64,000 nt of DNA from an uncultured delta proteobacterium. GTDB lineage: Bacteria > Desulfobacterota > Binatia > UBA9968. The notes beneath the pieces were generated by a model. The model was given only the letters and a program-made list of their open reading frames with translations, was not told the DNA's origin and did no database searches. How positions within the stretch are numbered: the stretch's first letter is position 1; every line of letters begins with the position of its first letter. The stretch spans positions 32,001-96,000 of the forward strand of contig CAWDPO010000017.1 of assembly GCA_963804165.1 (NCBI GenBank), given 5' to 3'. A program made the position numbers and the translations under genes. This document shows, in pieces, positions 61,087-64,000 of this stretch.

Positions 61087-62049
61087 ATGAAAGTGCTGAT
61101 TACCGGCGGCTTGGGCGTCAATGGCGCAGTTACGGCGCGTCTGATGACTCAGGACGGCTTGCGGCCGGTGCTCATGGACAACCGAATGGATCTGACTTTG
61201 ATGGGCGACATCAAGGATCAGGTCGATATCGTGATCGGCGATATATGCGATCGAGCGGCGTTGGAAAAAGCCGTCGATGATTTCGGCGTCACACACATCG
61301 CTCATCTCGCGGCGTTGATGCCGGAGCCGGCGGAAGCCGATCCGCGACTCGGGGTTAAAGTCGGGGTCGACGGGACGATCAATGTTTTGGAAGTCGCGCG
61401 GGCCAAAAATATCAAACGTGTGGTTTTTACCAGCTCCAAGGCGGCGTACGGTGAGATCACCGGCGAATACGCGCCGCCGACTTGCAAGCCCGTGCGCGAG
61501 GACTATCCGAAGCGGCCGGCGGATCTGTACGGTTCAATCAAAGTTTGCTGCGAGGAGCTGGGGCGTTACTACCGTGAGACATACGGTATCGAATTCATCG
61601 CCCTGCGCTTCGTGTCGATCTACGGTCCGGGAAAAGAAGCGCGCCACGGCCCGCTGTCATTTTATGGGCAATTGATCGAGAAGGCGCGCAGCGGCGAGAA
61701 ATGGCTGATTCCACAGGGCGGGGATCAGCTGAACGACGCAGTCTACGTCGGCGACGTGGGGCGTTCAGTTTATCTCGCGGTCAAGGCGCCGACGCCGAAC
61801 GAATGGACATTTAACATCGGTACGGGTAAGGCTTGGACGCCGCGTGATTTTTTGAACGCCGCGGCCAAATTGTTTCCGGAGCACAAAATCGAGCTCGGTC
61901 CCGGCCCGAGTAAATTGGGCAGAAGCAAACAAAGCTACTGCGTCTTCGATATTTCCGCGGCGGAAAAAAATATCGGTTATGAGCCGGCATACGATGTCAC
62001 GCGCGGCGTGCGCGACTATGTCGCGACCCTTGAGCGATTGGGACGATAG
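61087..62049 (+). CDS. NAD-dependent epimerase/dehydratase (extended SDR)
   Basis: ITGGLGVNG, HLAA, FTSS, YGSIK and LRFVSIYGPG. Confidence 0.9.
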   Translation: MKVLITGGLGVNGAVTARLMTQDGLRPVLMDNRMDLTLMGDIKDQVDIVIGDICDRAALEKAVDDFGVTHIAHLAALMPEPAEADPRLGVKVGVDGTINVLEVARAKNIKRVVFTSSKAAYGEITGEYAPPTCKPVREDYPKRPADLYGSIKVCCEELGRYYRETYGIEFIALRFVSIYGPGKEARHGPLSFYGQLIEKARSGEKWLIPQGGDQLNDAVYVGDVGRSVYLAVKAPTPNEWTFNIGTGKAWTPRDFLNAAAKLFPEHKIELGPGPSKLGRSKQSYCVFDISAAEKNIGYEPAYDVTRGVRDYVATLERLGR

Positions 62050-62114
62050 GTTCGCGATGTAGCGCGGGTTGCGAGTTTGGTGCATTAAACTGAGGTCGTC
62101 GTCCGATGAGTTTT

Positions 62115-62242
62115 TCCTTCCCCCTCGACGGGGGAAGGTTAGGATGGGGGTGCTTTCGGATCCAGTGGCGAGTGGGTGCAATTCTCTGCTGATGGGGATA
62201 TCGCACCCCTACCTCATTCCTCCCCCGTCGAGGGGGGAAGGA
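62115..62242. repeat. REP-like inverted pair
   Basis: ccttccccctcgacgggggaaggttaggatgggggtg ... cacccctacctcattcctcccccgtcgaggggggaagg. Confidence 0.8.
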
Positions 62243-62341
62243 GGTCGGATGGCGTTTTAGAAGCAGCATTATGAGCGCAAGCAATTTAAAATTTAGTTCA
62301 CTTATCGTTTAGAAATTTTCCAAACAACGGAGGAATAAACG

Positions 62342-64000
62342 GTGGCAGAACAACCTAAAGGAACTCCCGAAGTCTGGGCCGCGGGGATTGGCCGCAAGAG
62401 CAACGCCCAGTACGGCTCCGATCTGATGGCCGAGGTGCTGCGCGAGTTGGGGATTAAATATATCGCGCTCAATCCCGGCGCGAGTTATCGCGGTTTCCAC
62501 GATTCGCTGGTGAACTTCGAGTCGGAGAAAGGCCCGCAGATGATCATGTGCACGCACGAAGAAATCGCCGTCGCGATCGCCAACGGTTACGCGCGCGCGA
62601 CCGGCGAGATCATGGCGACGGGTCTTCACGATATCGTCGGCTTGCAGCATGCGAGCATGGCGATCTTCAATGCATGGTGCGACCGCACGCCGATCCTCAA
62701 TCTCGGCGGCGGCGGGCCCCAGGACACGACCAACCGGCGCTCGACGGATTGGGTGCACACGGCGAACGTGCAGGGTTTGGCGGTGCGCGAATATGTGAAA
62801 TTCGATGACCAACCGAATACCGTCGACGCCGTCGCGGAATCTTTCTTGAAGGCCTATCGGATCGCCATGACCGAGCCGAAGGGGCCGGTTTACATCTGCC
62901 TCGATTCGGACGTCCAGGAAGCGAAGATCGACAAGCCGATGGTCGTGCCACATGCGCAATTTTTCCGGCCGCCTCCGGGTCCGGGACCGAATCCCGAGTC
63001 GCTGCGCAACGCGTCGCGATTGCTGGCCGAAGCTCAGTGGCCGGTCATCGTTGCCGGCGAACTCGGGCGCAATCCCAAAGCGCTGCCGCCGATGTTGGAT
63101 TTGGCGGAAGCGTTGGGTGCGCCGGTTGTCGACGCCGACGGCCGGTTCGCTTTCCCCAGCACGCATCCATTAAATCTTACTAACGCGCGCGAAGATGCTT
63201 TGCGTGGCGCCGATGTCGTCCTGGCGCTCGACGTGCCAAGCTTGGGCGTCCCGCTCGGGCCTTCGGTGCGCGAGCGCGGCAACTTCGCGCCGATTATTTC
63301 GCCGAGTTGCAAGGTCATTCACATTACGCTGCTCGATCTCGAGCGCCAGAGCTGGGTAAGCGATAGCATGTGGCTGTTACCCGTGCATGTGCCGATGGCG
63401 GCGGATACGTCGGTGGTCTTGCCGCAGTTGCTCGAACAAGTGCGCGAGCGTTTGAGCGCCAACAAGGATTCCGCGCGGCAGGTGCAGGAGCGCCGCAAAA
63501 AAGTCGAAGCCATTTATTACGAGGCCAAGAAAAAGAGTCAGGAGTGGATCGAAAAAACCTGGAACGAAAAACCGATCTCCCAGGCGCGCTTTTTCAGCGA
63601 GATCAACAAGCGGGTTCAGGGAAAACCATGGGCGCTGGTATCGTCGCACGGCCGGCGCTGGCGCGAAGCGATCGATGTGACCGAGCCGGCACACGGCATG
63701 GGCGGTGGCCGTGGCGGGGGAGTCGGTTACGGCTTGCCTTCGTCCATCGGCTCGGCGCTGGGCTTCAAGGATAGCGGGCGTCTGAGCGTAAGCATCCTCG
63801 GCGACGGCGATTTCTTGATGACTTCGAATGCGCTCTGGACGGCGGCAAAATATCAAATCCCGCTGCTCGTGGTCGTCCTTAACAACCGCTCCTATTACAA
63901 CGACGAAGAGCACCAAGAGCGCATGGCGCGCGCGCGCCAGCGGCCGGTGGAAAACAAAGGCATCGGCATCCGCATCGAGGAGCCTGCGCCGGATCTGGCG
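62342..64000 (+). CDS. Thiamine pyrophosphate-dependent enzyme, running off the window end (absent from the ORF track)
   Basis: GGAGG RBS and GTG start; YGSDLMAEVLRELGIKYIALNPGASYRGFHDSLVN; HEEIAVAIA; TPP motif GDGDFLM...LNNRSY near 63800-63895. Confidence 0.9.
   Translation, partial: MAEQPKGTPEVWAAGIGRKSNAQYGSDLMAEVLRELGIKYIALNPGASYRGFHDSLVNFESEKGPQMIMCTHEEIAVAIANGYARATGEIMATGLHDIVGLQHASMAIFNAWCDRTPILNLGGGGPQDTTNRRSTDWVHTANVQGLAVREYVKFDDQPNTVDAVAESFLKAYRIAMTEPKGPVYICLDSDVQEAKIDKPMVVPHAQFFRPPPGPGPNPESLRNASRLLAEAQWPVIVAGELGRNPKALPPMLDLAEALGAPVVDADGRFAFPSTHPLNLTNAREDALRGADVVLALDVPSLGVPLGPSVRERGNFAPIISPSCKVIHITLLDLERQSWVSDSMWLLPVHVPMAADTSVVLPQLLEQVRERLSANKDSARQVQERRKKVEAIYYEAKKKSQEWIEKTWNEKPISQARFFSEINKRVQGKPWALVSSHGRRWREAIDVTEPAHGMGGGRGGGVGYGLPSSIGSALGFKDSGRLSVSILGDGDFLMTSNALWTAAKYQIPLLVVVLNNRSYYNDEEHQERMARARQRPVENKGIGIRIEEPAPDLA

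Overview
GC-rich bacterial DNA. The gene content (seven amidohydrolases, many stand-alone substrate-binding proteins, two TPP enzymes, two LigB-like dioxygenases, an MmgE/PrpD protein and MetE-like proteins) resembles Candidatus Binatota-type genomes; this taxonomy is an inference. I found no rRNA, tRNA, CRISPR array or reverse transcriptase. The window is a mosaic of metabolic genes with abrupt junctions, and about ten single-base frameshifts suggest a long-read consensus. The main non-routine signals are: (1) a lipoprotein alpha/beta-hydrolase followed by three diverged, signal-peptide-bearing methyltransferase-fold genes, each extra copy preceded by an orphan 3' tail of the hydrolase, as in effector/immunity arrays; (2) four IS91/ISCR-type oriIS ends with no intact transposase, two of them abutting 5'-truncated genes; (3) repeated diverged copies of gene 3' ends, several next to TGACCC-type (RAYT-associated) ends that show stuttered micro-duplications; (4) two same-family attC sites with no integrase; (5) a Rieske/LigB/hydrolase/cupin aromatic catabolism cluster containing a periplasmic-binding-fold protein with no signal peptide. 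All calls come from reading motifs by eye; no searches were run.
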